Shown piece after piece: positions 46,401 through 55,871 of a stretch of DNA of 64,000 nt; within the stretch, counting starts at the first letter, position 1; every line of letters begins with the position of its first letter. The DNA comes from Candidatus Latescibacterota bacterium (GTDB lineage: Bacteria > Latescibacterota > UBA2968 > UBA8231): positions 1,664,001-1,728,000 of the forward strand of contig OZ241362.1 in the NCBI GenBank assembly GCA_965200315.1, written 5' to 3'. The translations under genes and the position numbers were made by a program. Below the pieces are notes generated by a model. The model saw nothing but the letters and a program-made list of their open reading frames with translations. It did no database searches and was not told the DNA's origin.

Positions 46401-48779
46401 ATGAAAATCACCTACGATTGGCTTAAGGAATACGTGGACTTCGCTTGGGATTGGCCCGAGCTAGCCGAGCGCCTGACCATGGCGGGTTTGGCGTTCGAGG
46501 GCGTCGACGCCCTCGGTGCGCGCTACGAGGGCGTCGTCATCGGCCGCGTCAACACCTGTTGTCCACACGAAAACGCCGACCGCCTAACCGTCTGCCAAGT
46601 CGATGTGGGGACCGGAGTCAACACCATCGTCTGCGGGGCACCTAATGTCGCGGCCGGACAAACCGTAGCCGTCGCCCTACCCGGCACCACACTGCCCGGA
46701 GGCATGCAGATCAAAAAAGCCAAAATCCGCGGCGTTGCATCCGAGGGCATGCTCTGTGCCGAAGACGAACTCGGGCTGGGCGATAACCACGACAGCATTA
46801 TGGTGCTCGACAAAGCCCTCCCTGTCGGCACTCCCTTTGCTGCGGCCACTGGGCTCGGCGACGTGGTCATCAACCTCGAAGTTACGCCCAACCGCCCGGA
46901 CTGCCTGAGCCTCTTGGGCATTGCCCGCGAGGTCCACGCACTCACCGGCAATCCCCTCCGTTTTCCCAACACACAGGTGCCCGAAAGCGGACCGGCTACC
47001 GCGGAAGATATGCAGATCGACATTGAGGCTCCAGACGATTGCCCGCGCTACGTTGGCCGCATCGTGCGCGGCGTCGCGGTTGGCCCCTCGCCTCAGTGGC
47101 TCCAGCGCCGACTCCAAGCCGTGGGTCAGCGCCCGATCAACAACATCGTCGATATAACCAACTACGTGCTGCTGGAATTGGGGCATCCCCTGCACGCCTT
47201 CGACCTGCAGGCACTGGACCAGCGGCGCATCGTCGTCCGCCGGGCGCGCTCTGGAGAGACCCTAGAAACCCTCGACGGCACCGAGTGTCAACTCGACGAA
47301 GAGATGCTGGTTATTGCCGATGGGATGCGGCCCCAAGCACTAGCCGGGATCATGGGTGGGGGCCATTCCCAAGTATCGGCGAACACCACGGACATCCTGC
47401 TCGAAAGCGCGTATTTCGCACCATCGCGGGTGCGGCTAGCCCGGTCTCGACTAGGGCTTTTCACCGAGGCAGCCACGCGCTTTGAGCGCGGTGCCGATTG
47501 GGACGCCCCGGTGCGAGCCATTAACCGCACGGCCCACCTAATCGCCGAACTGACCGGCGGCGCGGTCGCCCCAACTCCTTTAGACGTGTACCCTCGCCCC
47601 GGCCAGTGCCGCCAAATCCCACTCTGCGTCGAGCGCACCAACCAGCTCTTGGCTACGGAGTTGGATTCCGCTGCCATCGTCCAGACTCTCGAACGCCTCG
47701 GCTGCCGGGTCAAATCGGGCCGATCCCTCGTGGTAACGGCCCCGAGTTTCCGCCCCGATCTGACGCGCCCGGCCGACCTCATTGAGGAAGTGGGCCGCAT
47801 CTACGGCTTCGACCGCATCGAGGGCCGCCAAAAGGCATCCGGCCCTTGGATCACACAGCGCGACCCCGAACTCACCTTTAGGCAGATCGCGCGGCAACGG
47901 CTCTTGGGCTTGGGTTTAGACGAAGTCGTCAGCAATGCGATCGTCGAATCCCGCTGGCTCGAATTAGCCGATGCCGCAGACCAAGCCGCCCGCTTGGCCA
48001 ATCCGCCGACCGAAACCCAAGACGCCTTGCGCACCACCTTGGTGCCGAGCCTATTAGACGTCGCACGTCGCAACTTCAACCAGCGGGCCGCAGGAGTGGC
48101 CCTTTTCGAGCTGGGCAAGTGCTTTGTCGCCGCGACCGAAAAGGGCGCAAGGCCCGAGGAAAACTGGCACCTCGCAGCCCTGTGGTCGGGCCGCGTTTCA
48201 GCTTCTCCCTATCAGGCCGATTCCCGCGAGGCCGATTTTTTCGATCTCAAGGGCTTGCTCGAAGCGCTAGTGGGCGAGGGGGATTTGCGCTTTACGCCCG
48301 CCGACCGCCCCGAATGCCGCTTGGGACACGCGGCCTGTATCTCCCTTGGTGGCCAGCCTCTCGGCTGGTTGGGCCAAGTTTCGGCCGACTTATGCGCGGC
48401 ATTTGATTTAGAGCGCCAAGTGCATATTTTTGAAATATCATTTACCGCGCTAGTACGCCATTGGCACGGTCGGAAACGCTCGTTTACCGCGCTTCCCAAG
48501 TTTCCGCCGATCGAGCGCGACTTGGCCATAGTCGTACGCGCAGACACTACAGCCGCCGAGCTTATCGCCACCATGCGAGATAGTGCGCCCCACCTCGTCG
48601 AATCCATCGAGGTTTTTGACCTCTATCAAGGGGATCAAATAGAAGCAGGCCACAAGAGCGTGGCGTTCGCCGTCCGTCTGCGCGACCGCGATCAGACGTT
48701 GCAGGACGCTCAGGCCGACGCGGCGATCTCCGCGATGCTCAAGCGTCTCGAAGCGCGGTTCGGCGCTTGCTTGCGCTAA
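46401..48779 (+). CDS. pheT: Phenylalanine--tRNA ligase beta subunit
   Basis: IVCGAPN, TPNRPDCLS, NNIVDITNY, RFERG, DLIEEVGRIYG, FPPIERDLA. Confidence 0.97.
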   Translation: MKITYDWLKEYVDFAWDWPELAERLTMAGLAFEGVDALGARYEGVVIGRVNTCCPHENADRLTVCQVDVGTGVNTIVCGAPNVAAGQTVAVALPGTTLPGGMQIKKAKIRGVASEGMLCAEDELGLGDNHDSIMVLDKALPVGTPFAAATGLGDVVINLEVTPNRPDCLSLLGIAREVHALTGNPLRFPNTQVPESGPATAEDMQIDIEAPDDCPRYVGRIVRGVAVGPSPQWLQRRLQAVGQRPINNIVDITNYVLLELGHPLHAFDLQALDQRRIVVRRARSGETLETLDGTECQLDEEMLVIADGMRPQALAGIMGGGHSQVSANTTDILLESAYFAPSRVRLARSRLGLFTEAATRFERGADWDAPVRAINRTAHLIAELTGGAVAPTPLDVYPRPGQCRQIPLCVERTNQLLATELDSAAIVQTLERLGCRVKSGRSLVVTAPSFRPDLTRPADLIEEVGRIYGFDRIEGRQKASGPWITQRDPELTFRQIARQRLLGLGLDEVVSNAIVESRWLELADAADQAARLANPPTETQDALRTTLVPSLLDVARRNFNQRAAGVALFELGKCFVAATEKGARPEENWHLAALWSGRVSASPYQADSREADFFDLKGLLEALVGEGDLRFTPADRPECRLGHAACISLGGQPLGWLGQVSADLCAAFDLERQVHIFEISFTALVRHWHGRKRSFTALPKFPPIERDLAIVVRADTTAAELIATMRDSAPHLVESIEVFDLYQGDQIEAGHKSVAFAVRLRDRDQTLQDAQADAAISAMLKRLEARFGACLR

Positions 48780-48812
48780 TCCCAACCCCAATGCAGGAGT
48801 ACAGTCACCCCA

Positions 48813-49130
48813 ATGGATGTAAACGAAAAATTTGAACGCCTTGAGCACCACATCAACCGACTGACGGGAGTACTCGAAAAGCTCCGCGAGGAAAACGACG
48901 AGTTGAGTGGGCAGGTCCAGAGCCTTAAAGAAAAAAAGGACACCCAGCAGACCGAAATCCAAAGCCTTGAAGAAAAAATCCGCATCGCTAGTAGTGAGAA
49001 CGAGCAGTTCAAAAAGGATAAAGAAGCGGTGAAGGGACGCATCGAACATCTCCTCAGCCGCTTGGACGCCTTCAGCAGTGAAAACGAACAGATCGAACAG
49101 GTCAAAGCAGCCCACACAGAGAATGAATAA
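48813..49130 (+). CDS. Coiled-coil cell division protein, ZapB-like
   Basis: All coiled-coil; located between pheT and zapA. Confidence 0.65.
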   Translation: MDVNEKFERLEHHINRLTGVLEKLREENDELSGQVQSLKEKKDTQQTEIQSLEEKIRIASSENEQFKKDKEAVKGRIEHLLSRLDAFSSENEQIEQVKAAHTENE

Positions 49131-49159
49131 GACAAAGACATCTGAGAAAGGGGTCTAGT

Positions 49160-49474
49160 ATGTCGTCCCAAGTAGTAGTCAAAATATTCGACAAGCACTA
49201 TACCCTAGGAGTCGACGAAGATCACTCTGCCGAACACGTACAAACGCTCGCCGAGATGGTGGACGAGCGCATGCATGAAATCAAGCGCGAGATCAAGGGC
49301 GTCTCCCCACTCCAAGCGGCCATCTTGGCCAGTCTAAGCTTAGTGGAGGAACTCCTCTCCCTGCGGGAGGACTACGCTTCCGCTGAAGCCGATATAGCCC
49401 AGCGAGCCTCTCAACTCGCCACCTCGCTTGGGCACTTTTTCGCCGAAGTAGAAGTTTCCCGTTCCGATAGCTGA
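49160..49474 (+). CDS. zapA: Cell division protein ZapA
   Basis: VVVKIFDKHY..LAEMVDERM.EI..AILASL pattern; gene context. Confidence 0.85.
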   Translation: MSSQVVVKIFDKHYTLGVDEDHSAEHVQTLAEMVDERMHEIKREIKGVSPLQAAILASLSLVEELLSLREDYASAEADIAQRASQLATSLGHFFAEVEVSRSDS

Positions 49475-49512
49475 AGTATCCCGAGCCGGATTCCACCCCG
49501 TGCTCTGGCCCG

Positions 49513-51132
49513 ATGCCCGAAGGCGTCGAGACCGATAAGGATGAGAAAGAGATTCCCTTGTTTAATGGGTTTGACTACATAGTCCTAATCTGTTCTGCCT
49601 TCGCCTTTTTCGCCGGCGGCTGTCTCCTCGGCTGGCTTGGCAGTGAGCGGCTGCGCAACAGCAAACTGCACAGCACCCAAGCCACCGCCGATCAAATCGT
49701 CGCCCGCGCCCGCCAAGAAGCCGAGGTCTTGAAAAAAAATGCCTTGCTCGAAGCAAGGGACGAATGGCACCGCGAGTGGGCACCGCTGGAAAAGGAGCAA
49801 GAGACGCAGAGGCGCTCGCTACGCGATCTGGCGGCCAAGCTGCTAGAGCGCGAACAGCAACTAGAGCGCAAAATAGACCTACTCACCAGCAAGGAGCGCG
49901 AACAGCTCAAGAACGAGCAGGACCTCGACCGCCGCGAGGCGGCCATAGCTACAGCCGAGGCCCAAGCCCAAGACCTCGTCCGAGAGCAGAGTCAGCGACT
50001 GGAAGAATTGGCTGGCATCAGCCAGCAAGAAGCCCTGCGCAAACTCGTCGATCAGCTAGAGGGAGGCGCCCGCCAAGTTGCCGCCCGCAAGGTCCGCGAG
50101 ATCAAGGACACCGCGGTTGCCACGGCTAACCTAGAGGCTAGGGAAATCATCACCCGTGCCATCCAGCGTTTCGCCGGAGAACTGACCATCGAGAGCACGC
50201 TTTCGGTAGTGCCCATCCCCTTCGACGACATGAAGGGGCGGATCATTGGTCGCGACGGACGCAATATCCGCTCCTTTGAGATGATCACCGGCGTCGAAGT
50301 CATCGTCGATGATACCCCTAACATGGTCATGCTCTCGGGCTTTGATCCACTGCGCCGCGAGGTGGCCAGACACACTCTCGAAACGCTCATCCGCGACGGA
50401 CGCATCCACCCTGGGCGCATCGAGGAAGTGTATGACAAGGCCCGGAGCACCGTCGAGGATATGATCCGCGAGTCCGGCTCCAAAGCCGCCTTTGACCTCG
50501 GCATTCACGACTTATCCGAGCCGCTATTGGAAACACTGGGCAAGCTCCGCTTCCGCACCAGCTACGGACAAAACTTGTTGGTTCACAGCAAGGAAGTCGG
50601 GTTTTTGGCCGGCATGATGGCCGAGATGCTCGACCTTGATATAGTGCTGGCGCGTCGCGCTGGTCTCTTGCACGACATCGGCAAGGCACAGGATTTTGAG
50701 TTGGGCAACGACCCAGCGCAAAGCGGTGCCGTACTGGCCCGCAAGGGCGGCGAAGGCCCTGAAGTTGTGCAGATTATCGAAACCCATAGCAAGCACATGC
50801 CCTCGCGCTCAGCCCTCGCGGTACTAGTCGAAGCCGCCAACGAAATCTCCACCCACCGCCCGGGTGCCCGCAAAGAAAAAGTCGAGGAGTACATCCGCCG
50901 CTTGCACCACATTGAGGAACTGGCAGCCGACTACGTGGGCGTGAAACAGGCTTTTGCCCTGCAAAACGGCAAGGAGGTTCGGGTCTTGGTCGACAGCGGG
51001 ATGGTGGACGACACCTATGCCGAACAACTCGCCGACGACATCACCACCAAGCTCGAGCAACAACTCGAATACCCTGGGCAGTTGCGCGTCTGCATCATCC
51101 GCGAGATGCGTGCCGAGTTTCACGCACGGTGA
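49513..51132 (+). CDS. rny: Ribonuclease Y (HD-domain substitutions noted)
   Basis: TM anchor, coiled coil, KH domain (MKGRIIGRDGRNIR), FRTSYGQN..H, LLHDIGK, RPGAR. Start may be TTG 49558. Confidence 0.92.
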   Translation: MPEGVETDKDEKEIPLFNGFDYIVLICSAFAFFAGGCLLGWLGSERLRNSKLHSTQATADQIVARARQEAEVLKKNALLEARDEWHREWAPLEKEQETQRRSLRDLAAKLLEREQQLERKIDLLTSKEREQLKNEQDLDRREAAIATAEAQAQDLVREQSQRLEELAGISQQEALRKLVDQLEGGARQVAARKVREIKDTAVATANLEAREIITRAIQRFAGELTIESTLSVVPIPFDDMKGRIIGRDGRNIRSFEMITGVEVIVDDTPNMVMLSGFDPLRREVARHTLETLIRDGRIHPGRIEEVYDKARSTVEDMIRESGSKAAFDLGIHDLSEPLLETLGKLRFRTSYGQNLLVHSKEVGFLAGMMAEMLDLDIVLARRAGLLHDIGKAQDFELGNDPAQSGAVLARKGGEGPEVVQIIETHSKHMPSRSALAVLVEAANEISTHRPGARKEKVEEYIRRLHHIEELAADYVGVKQAFALQNGKEVRVLVDSGMVDDTYAEQLADDITTKLEQQLEYPGQLRVCIIREMRAEFHAR

Positions 51133-51911
51133 ACATTCTCTTCGTTGCCGATATCTTTGCCCGACCGGGCCGCCGGGTCGCCGCAGCCGTAATTCCCGAG
51201 TTGGTGAAACAGCGCGAAGTCTCTCTGGTAATCGCCAACGGCGAAAATGCCGCCGGAGGGTTTGGCCTCACCAACCGCATTGTGTGCAATCTGCACAGCT
51301 ATGGCACCGACGTCATAACCAGCGGCAACCACGTCTGGGACCGCCGCGAGTTCATCCCGTACCTAGACCAATCCGACCGCGTCCTGCGCCCTTTCAACTA
51401 CCCAAAAGACGCTCCCGGCAGAGGTGCGACCGTCGTCTCCGCACGCGGCGGTCCCCCAGTGGCCGTGCTCTGCCTCCAAGGGCGCACCGGAATGCCCACC
51501 ATCGACTGCCCCTTCCGCATGGGCCGCGCCGAGGTCGAGCGCCTACGCGCAGAGACGCCCTTAGTCTTTGTGGATTTCCACGCCGAAGCCACGGCAGAGA
51601 AAATGGCTCTGGGCTTCCACCTCGACGGATTGGCCACCGCAGTCATCGGCACCCACACCCACGTGCAAACCGCGGATGAGCGCATCTTGCCCAAAGGCAC
51701 GGCGTACCTAACCGACGCTGGCATGACCGGCATCCGCGAATCCGTGATTGGCGTGCGTCCTGAAATAGCCATCCAACGCTTCCTCACCCAAGTGCCCACC
51801 CGTTTCAAGCCCGCCGATGGCAAGGCGATCCTCTGCGGCGTACTGGTTGAGGCCGACGAGGCAAGCGGCCGGGCCACTCGGATCGAGCGGTTGCAGCTAG
51901 CCGAGCCTTGA
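51129..51911 (+). CDS. ymdB: YmdB/TIGR00282-like metallophosphoesterase
   Basis: NGENAAGG.G, TSGNHVWD, DFHAEATAEK, GTHTHVQTAD, TDAGMTG. Confidence 0.93.
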   Translation: MNILFVADIFARPGRRVAAAVIPELVKQREVSLVIANGENAAGGFGLTNRIVCNLHSYGTDVITSGNHVWDRREFIPYLDQSDRVLRPFNYPKDAPGRGATVVSARGGPPVAVLCLQGRTGMPTIDCPFRMGRAEVERLRAETPLVFVDFHAEATAEKMALGFHLDGLATAVIGTHTHVQTADERILPKGTAYLTDAGMTGIRESVIGVRPEIAIQRFLTQVPTRFKPADGKAILCGVLVEADEASGRATRIERLQLAEP

Positions 51912-51919
51912 CCTCGTGT

Positions 51920-51994
51920 GAATTAGGAATTAGGAATTAAAAACTAGAAATTGGGCGCGACGAGCACACCAATTCTCAATTCTCAATTTTAATT
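51920..51994. repeat. Inverted arrays of 7-bp tandem repeats
   Basis: GAATTAG-GAATTAG-GAATTAA-AAACTAG-AAATTGG (51920-51954), then CAATTCT-CAATTCT-CAATTTT (51970-51990). Confidence 0.75.
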
Positions 51995-52011
51995 GATTAC
52001 CCGGAGCACCT

Positions 52012-53256
52012 ATGTCCTTTCAAGAGCCGCTCTTTTGGGCCGATACCGAAGACGCAGCCCACCGGCCTTACTCGGTCTCCGAAATCACCAGCCAAGTCAA
52101 GGGGCTGCTCGAGGAGAACCTACCTAAGTGCTGGGTCGAGGGCGAGATTTCTCAGTACACCCACCACAGCTCCGGCCACCGCTATTTCACGCTCAAAGAC
52201 AACGCCAGCCAGCTAAGCGCGGTGATGTTCAAGTGGCAGGCCGGCTCGCTCTCCTTCAGCCCCCAACAGGGCATGCAGGTTCAGGTGTACGGACATATCT
52301 CCGTCTTCGAGCGCACCGGGAAGTACCAGCTCTACGCCGAGCAGATCAAACCCGCTGGCGTCGGTGAGCTGGCCATCGCCTTTGAGCAGCTCAAAAACCG
52401 CCTAGAGGCCGAAGGGCTTTTCGCAGAACACCGCAAGCGATCCCTGCCTCCGTATCCCCGCAAAATCGGCGTGGTAACCTCCCCGACTGGCGCGGCCATC
52501 CGCGACATCATCCAAATCCTCGACCGCCGCGCCCCGGATGTCGAGATAGTCCTCTGCCCCGCTCGGGTCCAAGGCGAGGAGGCCGCCGCTGAGATCGCCG
52601 CAGCCATCGCCAGCTTAAACCAGCTAGACGACATCGACGTGTTGATCGTCGGTCGCGGCGGCGGTGCGCCCGAAGACCTCTGGCCCTTTAACGACGAATC
52701 CGTCGCCCGGGCCATCTACCAGTCGCCCCAGCCCGTCATCTCTGCAGTCGGCCACGAGATCGACTACACCATCGCCGACTACGTGGCCGACTGCCGCGCC
52801 CCAACTCCCTCGGCCGCAGCCGAAATGGTCGTCCGCGAACGCAGTGCGCTGCGCGAGCGGGTCGTCTCACAACAAGGCCGGTTGCTCGCGGGAATGGAGC
52901 GTTATCTCCGCTCCTTAGAAGAGCGGTTGCGCCACTGCGATCCGAGTCGCCTGCACAAACGTCTCGACGACCGCTTGCAACAGCAAAACCTCTACCTCGA
53001 CGAGCGGTGCCAAGCCCTTTCTACCGCTTTCGATTGGTTTTTGCGCACTCGGGTCGAAGCCCTAGCCAACGCCACCACCCGCCTCGACGACCTCAGCCCG
53101 CTCACGAGCCTAGCACGCGGTTTTGCCCTAGTGGAACGCGTCGCCGACAAACGCCTCGTCCGCGACAGCGACGAGCTTCAGCCGGGCGATAAACTGCAAC
53201 TGCGCTTTCGCCGCGGAGGCGCTATCTGCCGTGTGGAGGAGAAACTCAATGAGTGA
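52012..53256 (+). CDS. xseA: Exodeoxyribonuclease VII large subunit
   Basis: WVEGEIS..SGHRYFTLKD, TSPTGAAIRD, RGGG..EDL, SAVGHEID, APTPSAAAE. Confidence 0.96.
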   Translation: MSFQEPLFWADTEDAAHRPYSVSEITSQVKGLLEENLPKCWVEGEISQYTHHSSGHRYFTLKDNASQLSAVMFKWQAGSLSFSPQQGMQVQVYGHISVFERTGKYQLYAEQIKPAGVGELAIAFEQLKNRLEAEGLFAEHRKRSLPPYPRKIGVVTSPTGAAIRDIIQILDRRAPDVEIVLCPARVQGEEAAAEIAAAIASLNQLDDIDVLIVGRGGGAPEDLWPFNDESVARAIYQSPQPVISAVGHEIDYTIADYVADCRAPTPSAAAEMVVRERSALRERVVSQQGRLLAGMERYLRSLEERLRHCDPSRLHKRLDDRLQQQNLYLDERCQALSTAFDWFLRTRVEALANATTRLDDLSPLTSLARGFALVERVADKRLVRDSDELQPGDKLQLRFRRGGAICRVEEKLNE

Positions 53257-53479
53257 ATCTTTTGAAGAAGCCCTAGCCGTGCTCGAAGCGAGCGTCCAGC
53301 GCCTCGAAGCAGGTGACCTCAAGCTCGAAGAGGCCCTCGAACTCTTTGAAAAAGGCGTTGCCGCCTCGCGCGTCTGCGGCCAGTGGCTCGACCAGACCCG
53401 CGAGCGCGTCCAAGTCCTCACCGCCGACGCCGAGGGCCAGTTCCACCTCTCTTTTCTGGACGACGAAGACGACCAATAG
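53249..53479 (+). CDS. xseB: Exodeoxyribonuclease VII small subunit
   Basis: SFEEAL..LE..V..LE.G.L.LEEAL..FEKG. Confidence 0.93.
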   Translation: MSESFEEALAVLEASVQRLEAGDLKLEEALELFEKGVAASRVCGQWLDQTRERVQVLTADAEGQFHLSFLDDEDDQ

Positions 53480-53498
53480 CCCCCTCGGCCTCGGCCCG

Positions 53499-55190
53499 AT
53501 GTTGACTCGCCTCTACATCAAGGACTTTGCCCTTATCGAAGAAGCGGTGATCGAATTCGGCCCCGGCCTCAACGTCGTCACCGGCGAGACCGGAGCCGGC
53601 AAGTCCATCCTCATCGGGGCCCTCAATTCCATCCTCGGCGGACCCACCAACGCCGATTTGGTGCGCAAAGGGGCCAGCTCGTGCGCAGTGGAGGGTTTTT
53701 TTGAACTGGACGACCAAGGTCAAATCGCACGCTTGGCCGATCTGGGCGTTCTATTGGAGGACAGCCAACTCATCCTCCGCCGCGAGATCCGCGGCCAAGG
53801 CCGCTCGCGAGCCTTTGTCAACGGCCAAGGCCAGCCAATCAAGCAGCTAAAGCAAATCGGCGCGATCTTGGTCGACCTGCACGGCCAACACGAACACCAA
53901 TCGCTGCTCGACCCCAAGCTCCACGCCCGCTTTCTCGATGCGTTTGCCGGGCTCGACGACCCGCGCCGCCGCGTGGGACAGCACTGGCGCGCTTACCGCG
54001 ATAGCGCAGCCCGCCTCGACCAGCTACGCGCAGAGCGCGACGCACTCGCCGCCGAAGACGAACTATGCACTTTCCAGCTAGAAGAGATTCGCCTTCTCGC
54101 ACCCCGACCGGATGAAGAGCCCGAGATAGAGCGCGAGTTGCAAGTCCTCGACAACGCCGAGACCCTATCCCAAGGCGGCCTCCAGCTCTACGACTTGCTC
54201 TATCAGCGCGAAGGCGCGGTTTACGAGGCACTCGGCCAAGTTCGCCGTCAGCTCGACCGGCTGCGCGAAATCGACCCTGCGCTCGACCCCCAAGCCGCAG
54301 CCTTAGAGGAACTGATCTACGAGGTCGAAGACCTAGCCGGCCAACTCCGCGACTACGCCCGCGGAATCGAAGTGCGCCCTAAGCGGGCCAACGAACTGCG
54401 CGAGCGCCGTGATGGCCTGCGCGCCTTAAAAAAGAAATACGGCGGCACCCTCGACACCGTGTTAGAACGCGCCCGCGAGCTTGCGGAGCGCGAAGACCGC
54501 GCTGACCGCCTCCGCGACGAGCTGGCCCAAGCGGCTGACCGCCGCGATCAAGCGCTCGCCGAGTTTGCCTCCTGTTGCCTCGCCCTTTCTGCGGCGCGCC
54601 AGCAGGCCAGCGCAACCTTGTCGCAGACGCTAGTTGCCGCCCTTGGAGAGTTGGGCATGGCCAAGGCCCAGTTTTACATTGAGCTGGCAACCACCGAGGA
54701 CCCAGAGGGGATAGTTCAGCGCGACGGGCGTCGCTACGCGGCGGGCGAGCACGGCATGGAGCACATCGCCTTTCACATTTCCGCCAATGCCGGCCAACCC
54801 CCGCGACCCCTAGCGCGCATTGCCTCGGGCGGGGAAATCTCGCGCGTGATGCTGGCCCTCAAAGAAGCGGTCGCCGGGCGCGACTTCGTTTCGACCTTGG
54901 TTTTCGACGAAATCGACGCTGGGATCTCGGGGCGCATCGCCGCAGCCGTTGGCCGCAAGCTACAGGTCCTCGCCGCGGCGCACCAAACCATCGCGATCAC
55001 CCATCTGCCGCAAATCGCTAGCCTCGCCGACCAGCACTTTTCAGTGCGCAAGCAGCAGGAGCAACAGCGGACCACCACCGAGGTCGTGTTACTCGACGCA
55101 ACGGCCCGCGCCGAGGAAATTGCCTATCTGTTGGCCGGCGAGACCATTTCGGATACAGCGCGCCAACACGCCCGCGAAATGCTGCAATAG
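53499..55190 (+). CDS. recN: DNA repair protein RecN
   Basis: TGETGAGKS, HGQHEHQ, ASGGEISR, VFDEIDAG, ITHLPQIA. Start ATG 53499. Confidence 0.96.
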   Translation: MLTRLYIKDFALIEEAVIEFGPGLNVVTGETGAGKSILIGALNSILGGPTNADLVRKGASSCAVEGFFELDDQGQIARLADLGVLLEDSQLILRREIRGQGRSRAFVNGQGQPIKQLKQIGAILVDLHGQHEHQSLLDPKLHARFLDAFAGLDDPRRRVGQHWRAYRDSAARLDQLRAERDALAAEDELCTFQLEEIRLLAPRPDEEPEIERELQVLDNAETLSQGGLQLYDLLYQREGAVYEALGQVRRQLDRLREIDPALDPQAAALEELIYEVEDLAGQLRDYARGIEVRPKRANELRERRDGLRALKKKYGGTLDTVLERARELAEREDRADRLRDELAQAADRRDQALAEFASCCLALSAARQQASATLSQTLVAALGELGMAKAQFYIELATTEDPEGIVQRDGRRYAAGEHGMEHIAFHISANAGQPPRPLARIASGGEISRVMLALKEAVAGRDFVSTLVFDEIDAGISGRIAAAVGRKLQVLAAAHQTIAITHLPQIASLADQHFSVRKQQEQQRTTTEVVLLDATARAEEIAYLLAGETISDTARQHAREMLQ

Positions 55191-55197
55191 CCCGACA

Positions 55198-55722
55198 ATG
55201 TTGGCCAATTTCCTCAGCGTCCTGCGGGTTTTGCTCATCCCCTTCCTACTCTATTTCATCGCCCAAGGACCGGCGGCCCAGCACCAAGCCGTGCTCCTAC
55301 TACTCATTGCTGGTGCCACAGACATCGGCGATGGCTGGGTGGCGCGTCGCTACAACCAAGTCTCCCGCCTCGGCAAGATACTCGACCCGCTGGCCGATAA
55401 AATTTTCCTCACCTGCCTGCTCGGCGGGCTAGTTTTCTGGCGCGACTTGCCGCTGTGGCTTTTGGGGATGCTCTTTGCCCGCGATGTGGCAATCGTATTG
55501 GTGGGGGGATTGCTCTTGCGTTCACAGGGGCTGGTCATTGCCGCCAACCGCTGGGGCAAATACACAACCGTCTGCACGGCACTTACGGCCCTCAGCTACG
55601 TCCTCGAAACCCCGGCCAGCTTGCGCACCGGGCTAAGTCTAGCGGCGGCGGCCTTGATCGTCGTCTCCAGCTTGAGCTACGCGCAGTTCGCGCTCCGGCT
55701 CTTGCAAAAAGACCGAACTTGA
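55198..55722 (+). CDS. pgsA: CDP-alcohol phosphatidyltransferase (PgsA-like)
   Basis: ANFLSVLR, TDIGDGWVARRYNQVSRLGKILDPLADK signature. Confidence 0.88.
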   Translation: MLANFLSVLRVLLIPFLLYFIAQGPAAQHQAVLLLLIAGATDIGDGWVARRYNQVSRLGKILDPLADKIFLTCLLGGLVFWRDLPLWLLGMLFARDVAIVLVGGLLLRSQGLVIAANRWGKYTTVCTALTALSYVLETPASLRTGLSLAAAALIVVSSLSYAQFALRLLQKDRT

Positions 55723-55871
55723 AGATCAGTTGGGCTGGATCAAGCGATACCAGCGCAAATAGGCCTCGTCGAGGCGGCGGCGGTGGGCGTATATGCCGAT
55801 CATTTCTATCACTTTGAGCCGCAAGGCCAGCTTGTGCAGATCGACTTTGCCCATCTGACGCTCTTTGCGCT

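Noticed and set aside
49475-49560. 6S RNA expected after zapA
   Set aside because: The gap is at most ~85 nt, too short for an ~180-nt 6S RNA, and shows no long self-complementary rod.
53313-53498. RecN N-terminal extension overlapping xseB
   Set aside because: RecN homology starts at MLTRLYIKDFALI (53499); the extension is off-frame xseB sequence.
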